A stretch of 63,633 nt of DNA, filler included, from Chiloscyllium plagiosum (GCF_004010195.1; 4 parts of 2 records of this genome joined end to end with filler, not necessarily neighbours in it); one strand, 5' to 3'; counted from the first letter of the whole stretch, positions 49,200 to 60,839 are shown. Translations and numbers: made by a program. The notes: a model not told the origin generated them from the letters alone.

Positions 49200-49555
49200 C
49201 ACATATTAATTCAATGAATAGAGCTTCTGTCATTCATTCATTGAATCAAAACGTACTCAAGTATTCAATGAAACAACCTGAACGTGATGATACAAAGAGT
49301 AGAGCTTAGCTCATTTATTCAATATCACGAGCTTAGCACATTCATTCATTGAACAAACTACGTTCATGCATAAAATCAAACTGCATTCATTCATTTACTG
49401 TAACCAACGGCACACATTCATTCAATGAAGCAAACTACACGTGCAAATCCACAGTTTACCTCATTCATTCAACACCTCGAACTGTACGCATGGATTCAAT
49501 AAAACAAACTGCATTCATTCATTGTATCTAACCTCAATAATTCATTCAATTTCAG
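49200..49555. repeat. CATT/TCAATGA-rich degenerate tandem repeat
   Basis: Recurring CATTCATTCAATGAA and AACTGCATTCATTCA. Confidence 0.7.
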
Positions 49556-49559
49556 TGCA

Positions 49560-50590
49560 TCCAGGTAGATTGTACCGAATTACCCCGAGTGCGAAGACTG
49601 AGGTATATGCTGGTAATAGTTGATCACCTATCTGTAAGGGTGGAGGCGTATCCTTTAGCCACTGCCACTGCAAGAGTGGTGTCCAAGATAATACTTGAAC
49701 ACATAATCCCCAGATACGAGATAGTGGAGTGTATAGATTCGGATCAGGGAACTCGTTCCAGGGCATTCCAGGGAACGATGAAGGGGTCAAGAATCCCCTG
49801 GGAATTCCACACCCCTCGGCACCCACCTTCATCAGGGAAGAGTGAGAGAATGAACCAGACATCCAAGAGGCAGTCATCTTAACTAGTAGTAGAAACCAGA
49901 CTCCCTTGGATTAAGTCGAGCTGAAAATGTATTGCTGGAAAAGCGCAGCAGGTCAGGCGTTTTAAGGAATCGACGTTTTAAGGAATTCCTGAAGATTCCT
50001 GAAGAAGGGCTTATGCCCGAAACATAGATTCTTCTGTTTCTTGGATGCTGCCTGACCTGCTGCGCTTTTCCAGCAACACATTTTCAGCTCGGATCTCCAT
50101 CATGTGCAGTCCTCACTTTCCCTTGGACTAAGTGTTTACCTATAGCCCTTTTGTGAGTGTGAACAGCCCCAAGGAAAGATATAGGGCTCTCCCCTTATGA
50201 GATATTGCTTGCCCTATCTGGGAACTGCCGACCCTGGAGACTAAAGATCTGTTCTTAAAGAAGGATATACTGGGCTTGACCTCCTCTTTGTCCTTCCTGA
50301 GGAAACAGAGGTCATTGGCTCAGACTTCACCCCTTGAATTCACCATCCATCCGATCCAACCTGGAGATTGGGTCCTAGTCAAATCATGGACTAAATCCAA
50401 ATTGCAACCAGGCTGGGAGGGGCCATACCAGGCTCTTTTGACGACTGAAATGGCAATAAGAATGGCAGAGAAAGGCTGGACTCACTACACCCAGATTAAG
50501 GGGCCAGTGGAGTCTCCAGTTGAGAGAGAAGTCTAGACAATCGAATCGATAATAGAACCACTTAAGCTCAAGTTAAAAAGACTTTAAATA
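49560..50590 (+). pseudogene. pol: ERV integrase (class I)
   Basis: QVDCTELP..YMLVIVDHLSVRVEAYP..IIPRY..IDSDQGT..HPPSSGKSERMNQT; PGDWVLVK..WEGPYQALLTT..WTHYT. Confidence 0.88.
49917..50118. mobile_element. Family A palindromic element inserted in the ERV integrase, 15-bp TSD
   Basis: TCCCTTGGATTAAGT (49902-49916) and TCCCTTGGACTAAGT (50119-50133); hammerhead core CTGAAGA..GAAAC at 49995-50030. Confidence 0.85.
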
Positions 50591-50599
50591 ACTGATCAT

Positions 50600-52580
50600 A
50601 CAGTGGTGGCACGAGCGCGGGATAGTTTCTGTAGTATTGTATGCTAAGTCTATCAGTGCTTCATGGGGGGGATGTTTAGGTACACGATATTAACTCTTCC
50701 AGTCCTAGGATTCTGTTAGTGATAACAGTTCCAGAAAGTACAAATCCACAAGTCATAGAAACAGATGCCTGCAGCCGAGTGGATTGCGGAGATGTAAGAA
50801 GTCAGAGGCAATACAGCAACTTAGAGATACATCTTAAGTTCCATGAAAAAGGCTCGGGGGGGGGTGAGGTGGGGTGGGGTGGGGGGGTGCATGGGGTAGG
50901 GTTGACGGAAAGAAAGTGTCTCAGAGAGGGAATTGAAGGGATGGAGGATGTAAAGAATGGCGGCGGCAGGAAGACCTTGAAGGTGATCTCTTGATTAATC
51001 CATTCATCACAGTACACCGGGGTCCCTTCCAGCCAGCTCTTGACTGTCCCAATAAAAAGTGTAACCCTATATATTTAACAATAAAGAAAATCTTTATTTG
51101 AAGCGGTTTTGCGGGGAGGAACGTATCAGGTCCAATTAAATAAAACATTCGGGATAGAGATGAAAGCAGACGGGAAGGGTTTCTTGGGATGTTGTTTCAA
51201 TATACAGGTGAAAGACAGAACCTGAGTAGAAGAAATGAATAGTAAAGCTCCTTACTCTGACCCTAAGGTGATAAAATTTGTAGAGGCAAAAGACTTAAAA
51301 CAGACCATTGAAGTAGAAACAGGATATGGGGATACAAATGCCTGGGTTGAATGGGTAAAGTACTCTGTGAAAAGTCTGAATTAAAGCAACTATTATGCAT
51401 GTGCCTCTGGCAGATCAAGGGCCCAATCGCCCTTTCTGCTTGGGTCTAAGCGAGACAGGAGGGGCATGTCATGCTTAATAGCCCTGTATCAGGTTGAGAC
51501 CGCATGGAGTAATAAAAATTGTATGCCCCTTCGACTAATGTTTCTTCCCTTAAAGAAGGAAGATTTAAAAACGCCCGCCACGTTTTCTGCCGTGGTTGAA
51601 AATCACACATCATGTGTAAACAGACGGGGAACAAATTGGTCCAGATACTTGGGGGAGCTGAAATCATGTACTGAAATTGAGTACGTGACGGAAATGGACA
51701 AGGGAGGGAACTACTGAGCATTAAGGATTCCCCGAGCATATCTGTGGTGGTACTGCGGAGGGAAAATATTGAGACTCCCCCTACCTCCAGATTGGAGGGG
51801 CATGTGTGCGATTGTGCAATTGGCAATCCCGTAAAGAAAGGGGGACAGAGTGAGAGATCACTATTGGACACTTAGTTTAATGATCAGATATATCTAGACT
51901 CTATAGGAGTTCCAAGAGGGTTACCCGGTGACTTCCAGTTCGTAGCCAGATCGGCTCTCTGTGGACTGGATAAATTATATTTTCTAAAATCAGCAAAGGT
52001 TAATTAATTACACTAGAGACGCAATTAAAGGCATAGCCGAACAACTTGATGCAACCAGCAGAACGGCCTGGGAGAATAGAATGGCCCTAGACATAATCCT
52101 ACCGGAAAAAATGTGTTTGTGTGTGTTATGTTGGAGGGAGCTGTTATACCTTTATTCCAAATAACACAGCCCCAGATGGGTCTATTACTCTGGCCCTGCA
52201 AGGCCTAACAACGCTGGTGGAAGAACTAGCCGAAAACTCAGGAGTCAACACATCAGTCACCGGGTGGCTAGAGTTGTGGTTTGGAAAGTGGAAGGGTTTG
52301 GTGGTTTCAGTCCTTACCTCTTTGATCATAGTGGCAGAAGTACTGACCGCAGTAGGATGCTGTATCATGCCTTGAACACGAGGGCCAACCCAAAGGCTGA
52401 TTGAAACAGCTTTGGTCTCACAAATGCCCCTAAAGAGCTATTGGGGAGAAGGGCTCTTCCTGTTGAACAACGAGCGAATCAGTGACCTTGGGAAGGTTTC
52501 CAAAATAAATGAAATCATGGGAATAATGCTTGCCAACTTGGAGGCAACATATAAGGAAAATGCAGAAGACAACAAATGTT
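50600..52580 (+). pseudogene. env: ERV env (SU + TM), degraded
   Basis: IEVETGYGDTNAWVEW..NYYAC (decayed CXXC), WWYCGG..PDWRGMCA, ENRMALDII, TFIPNNTAPDGSI, TM anchor; homologous to 23920-24591. Confidence 0.85.
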
Positions 52581-52601
52581 AATTTTAAATAAAGGGAAAA
52601 T

Positions 52602-52780
52602 TGTGGGATGTAGGTAAAGCAGCATTGCTTCTGCAGCTATAATTGCTTCTGCAAGGTGATGGACTAACTTAAACAATTGCATAATTGTTTAGCAAAGAGC
52701 TGAGTTAGCTAGACTTGCATGCAAAGATGAAACTATATGAAAGGAGTCAGTTAAGATTAGGACGAGCATTCTCTCAGGTA
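52602..52780 (+). mobile_element. Start of ERV 3' LTR (truncated)
   Basis: Polypurine tract AAAGGGAAAA then TGTGGGA, as at 24654. Confidence 0.6.
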
Positions 52781-53825
52781 TTCCAATGACAGAAGCTCTA
52801 TTCATTGAATTAACACGTGCATTTTGTTTCACTGAATCAATGAGTGCAGTTGGTTTCATTGAGTCATCCACTGAATGAACGATTGAAGTTCGTTTCATAA
52901 AATGAATGACTGCAGTTTGATTCGTTCTATGTATGACTTTTCTTTCATTGATTCAATGACTGTCGTTTAGTGTAGTTTGATTGTTTAACTGATTGAGCCA
53001 GATCGGCTCTCTTCTGGTGGGTGACAGTCAACAAAAATGTGGACTGGATAAATTATATTTTCTATAATCAGCAAAGGTTAATTAATTACACTAGAGACGC
53101 AATTAAAGGCATAGCCGAACTACTTGATGCAACCAGCAGAACGGCCTGGGAGAATAGAATGGCCCTAGACATAATCCTACCGGAAAAAGTGTGTTTGTGT
53201 GTGTTATGTTGGAGGAAGCTGTTGTACCTTTATTCTATGGAATATATGAGAGAATCTCTGCTTCATTCATTCAATGAAACAAAGGGCATTCATTCATTCA
53301 AACAAACTGCATTTCATTCACTTACTGTAACAAACTGCATTCATGCATTCAATGAAACAAATTGCACGTATTCATTCAATGAATAGAGCTTCTCTCATTC
53401 TTTTTTTATCACGAACTTCACTCATTCATTCAAGGAATCAAACTGCCTTCATTCACACAATCAATGAAATTGCACTCAATTATTCAATGAAACAAACTAA
53501 ATTCATTGAATTTAGCCTATCCCATTCATTCAATATCTCGAGCTTAACGTCTTCATTGAATGTAACAAAATGTATTAATTCATTCATTGAATCTAGCTTC
53601 AATCATTCATTCAATGAATCACACGGTTTACATTGATTCAATGAAACAATATTAACTCATTCATTTAATGAATCCAACTGCATTCATACATTCAATAAAT
53701 CAAACTGCACGATATAATTCAATGAGCAGAGATTCTCTCAGATATTCCAGTCACTCGAGCTTAAGTCAATCTTTCAAACAATGAAACTACATTCATTCAT
53801 TCCAAGAATCAAACGATATTCATTG
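52781..53825. repeat. CATT/TCAATGA-rich repeat in both orientations, enclosing a duplicated env fragment at 52996-53237
   Basis: TCATTGAAT-type units at 52781-52995; CATTCATTCAATGA units at 53240-53825. Confidence 0.7.
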
Positions 53826-54240
53826 ATTCACTTTAGAGAACATCTCCGGGACACCTGCACCAATCAACCCCACCACTCTGTGGTCGAACATTTCAACTCC
53901 CCCTCCCACTCTGCCGAGTACATGCAGATCCTGGGCCTCATCCATCGACACTCCCTCACCACCCAACGCCTGGAGTAAGAACACCTTATCTTCTGCCTCA
54001 GGACCCTTCAACCCTAGGGCATCGATGTGGAGTTTACCAGTTTCCTCATTCCCCCTCCCACCACCCCCCCGCCCCACCTTACCCCAGTTCGAACTTCCAG
54101 CTCAGCGCTGCCCTCATGGCCTGTCCCACCTGTCAATCTTCCTTCCCACCTATTCGCTCCATCCTCTTCTCCGACTAACACCTTCACTCCCACCTCCATC
54201 CACCTATTGCACTCTCAGCTACCTTCTCCCCAGCCCCACA
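53826..54240 (+). mobile_element. Penelope-like GIY-YIG C-terminus and 3' UTR (family A body)
   Basis: FREHLRDTCTNQPHHSVVEHFNSPSHS..LGLIH. Confidence 0.75.
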
Positions 54241-55405
54241 GCCTCTACCACCTCCGCTGGCAACATGTTCCAGACCCCAACCACACTCTGTGTAAAGACC
54301 TTTCCATGCATACCTCCCTTAAACATTTCCCCTCTCTATTTGAACTCATAATTGAGTCCCCCACTCTGGGAAAAAGCTTCTTGCTATCCACCCTGCCTAT
54401 GCCTCATCATGATTTTTCGACCTCAATGAGGTCTCCTCACCCACCCCCCCAATCTCCAACTTGCTAATGAAAATAATCCTAATTTACTCAACCTCCCTTC
54501 ATAGGTAGTGCCCTCCATACCAGGCAACATCCTGATGAAGCACCTCTGTACCCTCTCCAAAACACCTACATTTTTTTGGTAATGTGGCAACCAGAACTGT
54601 ACGCAGAATTCCAAACATGGCAGAACCAAAGTCTTATATGTGGCCTGCCATGTCTTGTACTCAATATCCCATCTGCTGAAGCAATGCCCTATGCCTTCTT
54701 AACCACTCTATTGACCTGTGTTGCCACCTTCAGGGAACGATGGACCTGAACACCCAGATCTCTCCAGGACAATTCCATTTACTGTATAGTTTTGCTCTTG
54801 AATTAGATCTTCCAAAATGCATCACCTCGTATTTGCCTGGATTGAGCTCCATCTGCCATTTCTCTGCCAAACTCTCCAATCTATCTATATTCTGCTCCAT
54901 TCTCTGACAGTCCCCTTTGCTATGTACTCCTCCACCAATTGTAGTGTCATCTGCAAACTTAGTAATCAGTCAACTATACCTTCCTCCATATCATTTATGG
55001 AAATCACACACAACACGGATCCCTATAGAACACCACTTATCACAATTCGCCATTTTGAAAAACTCCCTTCCACTACCACTCTCTGTCTCCTGTTGCCCAG
55101 GCATATTTTTATCTGTCTAGCTAATACACCCTGGACCCCATGTGACTTAATTCTCTCCATCAGCCTATTATGGGGAACCTTATCAAATGCGTTACTGAAG
55201 TCCATGTATATGATATCTACAGCCCTTCCCATATCAACCAACTTTGTCATTTCCTCAAAGATTTCTATTAAGTTGGTAAGACATAACCTTTCCTGCACAA
55301 AGCAATGTTGCCTTTCACTAATAAGCCCATTTTCTTCCAAATGTAAATAGGTCCTATCCCTCAGTATCTTCTCCAGCAGATTCCCTACCACTGACGTTAG
55401 GCTGG
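54241..55405 (-). mobile_element. CR1 LINE RT to 3' part
   Basis: IYMDFSNAFDKVPH, LEFCVQFWLPHY. Confidence 0.9.
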
Positions 55406-55670
55406 ATTATTACCTGGGCTAATTACCTGGGCTAATTACCTGGCTAACACCTTCAATATATTGTCTAACTAACAACAATTGTTACAGTTAACCTGAGGAT
55501 GCAACTTTTAAAAAAAGGTTTTGTGATTTACACATGAAAGAAGTGAAACTATCATGGTATTCGAACAGATGAAAGACTCAACAGACAATCAAGGTATTTT
55601 TCAATATCAGTTACATCACACTGTTATTTTTGCTATAAATTCTGTGCCTTACAATTGTGTCCTCTATAAT

Positions 55671-55705
55671 CACCTGATGAAAGAGCGGCACTCCGAAAGC
55701 TAGTG
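55671..55705 (+). ncRNA. Hammerhead motif in the 5' pLTR
   Basis: CAC-CTGATGA-A-AGAG/CGGCA/CTCC-GAAAGCTA-GTG. Confidence 0.6.
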
Positions 55706-56573
55706 TGCTTCCAATTAAACCTATTGGACTATAACCTGGTGTTGTATGATTTTTAACTTTCTACAACCCAGTCCAACACTGGCATCTCCAAATCATGACT
55801 ACTATCAACATCACTAACTGCTGGCTTAAAGTGGAGAGGATCTCTAAGAAGATCGCACATATCGACACAGACATCAAGTTTCTACAGAAATGCAGGCAAG
55901 CAGGAAAGATCCCAAAAGGATTACGGGTCACAACCCCACTCAACCCACCCACTACAACACAGACTACGCAGAGAAACTGCCACTGCACCTCTCACAACCT
56001 CGTTAATCCTCTTGTGCACCAACTCGACAGCAGGCACCACAACCTTGAAATTCAGATGGAGTTCAGACTCTCATCCTGCGCTCAGGACACAGCAGTACAA
56101 TTACGCGACATTGCCAAACAGACAAGGTGACAAAACTACACCACTTACATGCACACTAAGAACAAAAAACTGGAGAAACTTGGCATTCTCACCAGTAATA
56201 GCAAAGCCCACCCTGGCACCACAGTCGAAAACATTATCGACTTATCGGACCGGAAGAGATTGAAGTCCTGAGCAGGGGTCTTAACTTCTGCCCCACCACC
56301 AAAATTGACCCATTGGTTCTTGCAGCAGATATGGAGGAGTTCATCAGACGAATTCTTGCAAGGCGCCAGCAGTGATGCCAATGAGCCCATTGATGAACTG
56401 GAACACCATCCTACAACTCATCCGCTTTATCCTCGATCACAACTTCTTCACCTTTGACAACCAGTTCTTCGTCCAGACACATGGAACAGCCATGGGGACC
56501 AAATTTGCACCCCAATATGCCAACGTCTTCAGACACAGGTTCAAACAAGACTGCTAGGGTGTAGGTTTGATAT

Positions 56574-56613
56574 CCAGACGTTTCATTACCTGGCTAGGTA
56601 ACATCATCAGTGG
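56574..56613 (-). ncRNA. Intact minimal hammerhead motif (family C) in an approx 80-bp insert
   Basis: Reverse complement: CCA-CTGATGA-T-GTTACC/TAGCCA/GGTAAT-GAAACGTC-TGG. Confidence 0.75.
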
Positions 56614-57746
56614 CGACCTCCAAGTGAAGCCTTCTTCTCTACGCAGGATCTCCAACCAACATTATATACCAGGTACATTGACGACATTTTCTTCCTCTGG
56701 GCCCATGGCGAGGAGTCACTGATAACTACACAGTGATATCAACAAGTTTCATCCCACCATCAAACTCACCATGGACTACTCTCGACTATCTTGGACACAT
56801 GCAACTCCATCAAGGATGGACACCTCAGCACCACACCCTACTGCAAACCCACAGACAACCTCACAATGCTACACTTCCCAGCTTTCACCCAAAATATATT
56901 AAAACAGCCATCCCCTATAGACAAGCCCTATGCGTGTACCGGATCTGCTCAGATGAGGAGGAACATGACAGGCACCTGAAAGTACTCAGGAATGCCCTCA
57001 TAAGAACGGGGTACGATGCTCAACTCAACGAACGCCAATCCTGACGTGCCCCAGCAAGGAACTGTAATGACCCCCTCAGGGGACAGACACGTGCTGCAAC
57101 CGACAGGGTACCCTTCATTGTTCAGTACTTCCCAGGAGCTGAAAAACTATGCCATGTTCTTCATGATCTGCAACACATTATCAATAAGGATGAGCACCTT
57201 GCCAGGACCTTCCCCACATCTCCACTGCTTGCCTTTAAACAACCGCCAAACCTCAAACAGATCATTGTTTGTACCAAGCTGTCCGGCTTTCAGGACAACT
57301 CCATACAACCCTGTCACTTGCAAGTGCTGCAAGTCGTGTCAGAGTGTGGACATGGATACCACGATTACATGTGGAGACACCTCCCACCATATACGTGGCA
57401 GGTACTCATGTGACTCAGCCAACGTTATCTATCCTATACATTGCAGGCAAGGATGCCCTGAGGCATGGTACATTGGGGAAACCGAGCAAAGGCTACAGCA
57501 ACAGATGAAGGGGCACCACACAACAATCAACAGACAGGAGTGTTCCCTCCCAGTTGGGGAACATTTCAGTGGTCCAGGACATTTGACCTCGGACCTCCAA
57601 GGTGGACCATCCTCCAAGGCGGACTTCAGGACAGGCAGCAGCGAAAGGTGGCCAAGCAGAGGCTGATAGCTAAGTTCCATACCCATAGGGAGGGCCTCAA
57701 CCGGAGCCTTGGGTTCATGTCACACTACAGGTGACCACCATTGCAC

Positions 57747-57778
<32 letters not shown>

Positions 57779-58311
57779 TATCTACAGACATGCATATACA
57801 CATCTACAGACACACACGTACAGACCCATGCACTCATGCAGACCCTCTCTCATACACTCACATACACTCCGACACACGCACGCTCTCAGAGACATATACC
57901 CCTTTACACTCAGACTCACACACATACACACACTCTCTCACAGACACTCATACAGCCCCCGCGCCACACATACCCACATGCACGCACACACATATAGGTT
58001 TGTGGGGTGAATTTGTACTTGCAGACTTACATTTTATTTTGCTCAAAGACTGCATAAATCCATGTAAGATTCTGTAAATCCTTTTTTAAGATTAGAATCA
58101 GTCTGAACACTGTGGCACAGACAGTCTCACACAGGGCGCCTCACACCCTCAGTGCATTATCTGGGCTAACATAGAACCTATTGTTGAAGTTCACTTGAGA
58201 ATGTAACTTTCAAAAAGTTCTTTGATTTGTAAATGAAAGAACTGAATCCAACACGTTCATTCTAATACATTTGCTATAAATTCTGTGTCTTATGATCACA
58301 TACTCTACAAC

Positions 58312-58346
58312 CACCTGATGAAGGAGCAGCACTCTGAAAGCTAATG
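58312..58346 (+). ncRNA. Hammerhead motif in the 3' pLTR
   Basis: CAC-CTGATGA-A-GGAG/CAGCA/CTCT-GAAAGCTA-ATG. Confidence 0.6.
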
Positions 58347-59159
58347 CTTCCAAATAAACCTGTTGGACTATAACCTGGTGTTGTGTGATTTTTAACTTTG
58401 TAGACCCCAGTCCAATCCCGGCATCTCCAAATCACGATTAATTTTGGGTATTCATCTGGTCCTTGCATTGTCTTAATATTGACAATTAATATTCTCAAAA
58501 TGTTTGATTATGGAGTTCATAATTTTCTGATTGAATAAGCTGAAGCTAAAATTAGTAGGAACATGCTGAGCTTTTCAACAGCAAAGTGAAAGCTCACTAT
58601 CACAAGACTGTTTTTTATTCTCAAACAATACCAAGTGATTTATTTCATTTTTTTCTGACCTTGTCTTATGAGCATGGCTTTTTGTATTCTTAAATGTAAA
58701 GCAAATCATTATTTGTTTCTCCTCAAAGCTTCTAAATTAAGCATAAATGTGATGCTGCTCTATGGCAGCTTTTCTGTTTAGAATACTATTTTTATTTGTG
58801 GATTCAGTTAATTTTCTATGGAGTTGCAAGTAGCCAATCAAAAAAATAAGAGAATAAGCAAGAGGAACCAATGTAGATCTTGGCAGAGACTATTTTAATT
58901 GGATTTTAGACAACCAGATCTTTGCTAAAAGCATCAAGCCACATGGTTCAAGGCTTATCGGAAAATAATTTTATCATTCAAAAATCAAAGAACATGAATG
59001 CTAACACTACACTTTCTTAAGTATAGTCAGTTACAGTCAGTTAAATGTACAATGAATACATGCATATAATTTAAACTGAACTATTACAATTTCCTTTCAA
59101 CACATCTACAAGAATTCAAATCAGATACGTATCAGAAATTGGAAAATTAATCACGACTT

Positions 59160-60010
59160 ATTTGCTTTAATTTGATTTATTGTTGTCACATGTACTGAGA
59201 TACAGTGAAAAGTATTTTACATGCTTTACAGGTAGCTCGTACCATAGATTGTTTTGCTCCCTGATGCACTGAGTGTAGAATACAGTGTTACAGCCACAAA
59301 GAAGGTGCAAAGAGAGAGATCAACATTACCATTTTAGAGGTCCATTCAAAAGTCTGAAAAGCAGCAGAGAAGAAGCTGTTCTTGAATCTGTTTGTAGGTA
59401 TATTCAAGCTTTTATATCTGCCTGGCAGAAGAGGGTGGAAGAGAATATAACTGGGATGGGGTCTTTGATTATGTTGGTTCATTTCCCAAGTTAGCAGGGC
59501 ATGTGGATGGAGTTAGTGGATGGGAGGCTTGTTTGTGTGATGCACTGGGCTGTGTTCATGACTCTCTGTAGTTTCTTGCAGTCTTGGGAAGAGCAATTGC
59601 CCAATCATGGTGTGAAGCATCCAGATAGGATGCTTTCTGTGGTGCACCTATAAAGATTGGTCAGACTCTTTGAATTTCCTTAGCCTCCAAAGGAAGTAGA
59701 GACATTGTTGTGCTATCTTGACCAAGGTGTCGACGTGGGTGGACCAGGACAGTTTGTTAGAGTTGAAGAAAGTGGCACTGGAAAAGTGCAGCAGGTCAGG
59801 CAGCATCAGAGGAGCAGGAGAATTGACATTTTGGGCATAAGCCCTTCATCAGTTTATGCCAGAAACATCGACTCTCCTGTTCCTCTGATGCTGCCTGACT
59901 TGCTGTGCTTTTCCAGCACCACTCTTTTCAACTAACTGACCAGTAACTGTAGTCCTAACTTTCTCTCAGGACAGATTGTTGGTGATCATCACTCCCAGGA
60001 CCTTGATGTA
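59160..60010 (-). mobile_element. Rex1/Babar-like LINE 3' end
   Basis: HPSYILFHPLLPGRYKSLNIPTNRFKNSFF. Confidence 0.7.
59759..59966. mobile_element. Family A palindromic element with 14-bp TSD
   Basis: CAGGACAGTTTGTT (59745-59758) and CAGGACAGATTGTT (59967-59980). Confidence 0.8.
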
Positions 60011-60519
60011 AAGGTTCTTATAAGGGCTAAGACTTCCTTGGTCTTCCACAATTATAGACTGCAGGTTCAGCACTGTTACCATTAAATTCACCTCGGGTCA
60101 GAAACCTCCTGCTTCCAATATTCTTTAACTCTGAATTAACGCATCTCAATCTCACCCCTCTTTCCCTTTTCCTCTTTCTTTATGTAATTTTGTTTCCTTT
60201 TCTCTTTCTCAGTCTCTCTTTCTACTTACTTCCCTCTCTTTTCATCTCTTATTTTTCTCTTTTCTCTCTCTCTTTTCTCAGTTTGGTGATTCTAGATGTT
60301 TAACTCATTATTACAACTCCTGTGAGTAAGAAAATGTTTAAAGTCTTTCAACCAGCACTAATAAAACAATTTACTCATCCCCATAATTAAATACTCATTC
60401 ACCATTTTTCTATTGTGCACCTTGCACACAACATTGTTACATGTTCAATTAGTGCAAACAGTGCTTTACCAGAAATCAATTCCTGTTTCCCCTTGTCCTC
60501 ACTGAACCTAACAGTCTCC

Positions 60520-60839
60520 ACATCCAAAGGATCAGCATCCATCATTTCCACCATCACCTGCAGGATACCACCATCAAACACTTCATCTGTTCTCCCTTCA
60601 GCAATCCATAGGAACCATTCCCTCCACAACTAACTCCATCACTTCCTCATTCTCTTCCTCTCAAAACTTGCCCTTTGACCTCCATCCTCCTCACTGTTCA
60701 AGGCCCACATCACACCTTCCAGTTGAATCAGCAGTGTATTTGTATATCTTTCAAACCAATCTATTGTAGTTGTTACTCACAATGTAGTCTCTTAATCATT
60801 GGTGAAACCAAATTCAGACTGGGTAACTGGTGAGCAGAA
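60520..60839 (+). mobile_element. Old Penelope-like GIY-YIG remnant
   Basis: Manual translation IYCSCYSQCSLLIIGETKFRLG resembles the PLE GIY-YIG motif. Confidence 0.6.

Larger units (their letters stand above)
55443..58437 (+). mobile_element. Near-complete Penelope-like element (family B): 5' pLTR, RT, GIY-YIG, (CA)-rich tract, 3' pLTR
   Basis: QTHGTAMGTKFAPQYAN, RYIDDIFFLW (56671-56700), CDSANVIYPIHCRQGCPEAWYIGETEQRL; direct repeats at about 55443-55797 and 58140-58437. Confidence 0.92.

Noticed and set aside
57709..58077. His/Thr-rich ORFs (also 14873-15070 and 15597-15818)
   Set aside because: Translations of the (CA)n-like tract in the PLE 3' UTR.
58440..59160. AT-rich unique stretch as a host exon or promoter
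   Set aside because: No convincing ORF, splice pair or recognisable motif.
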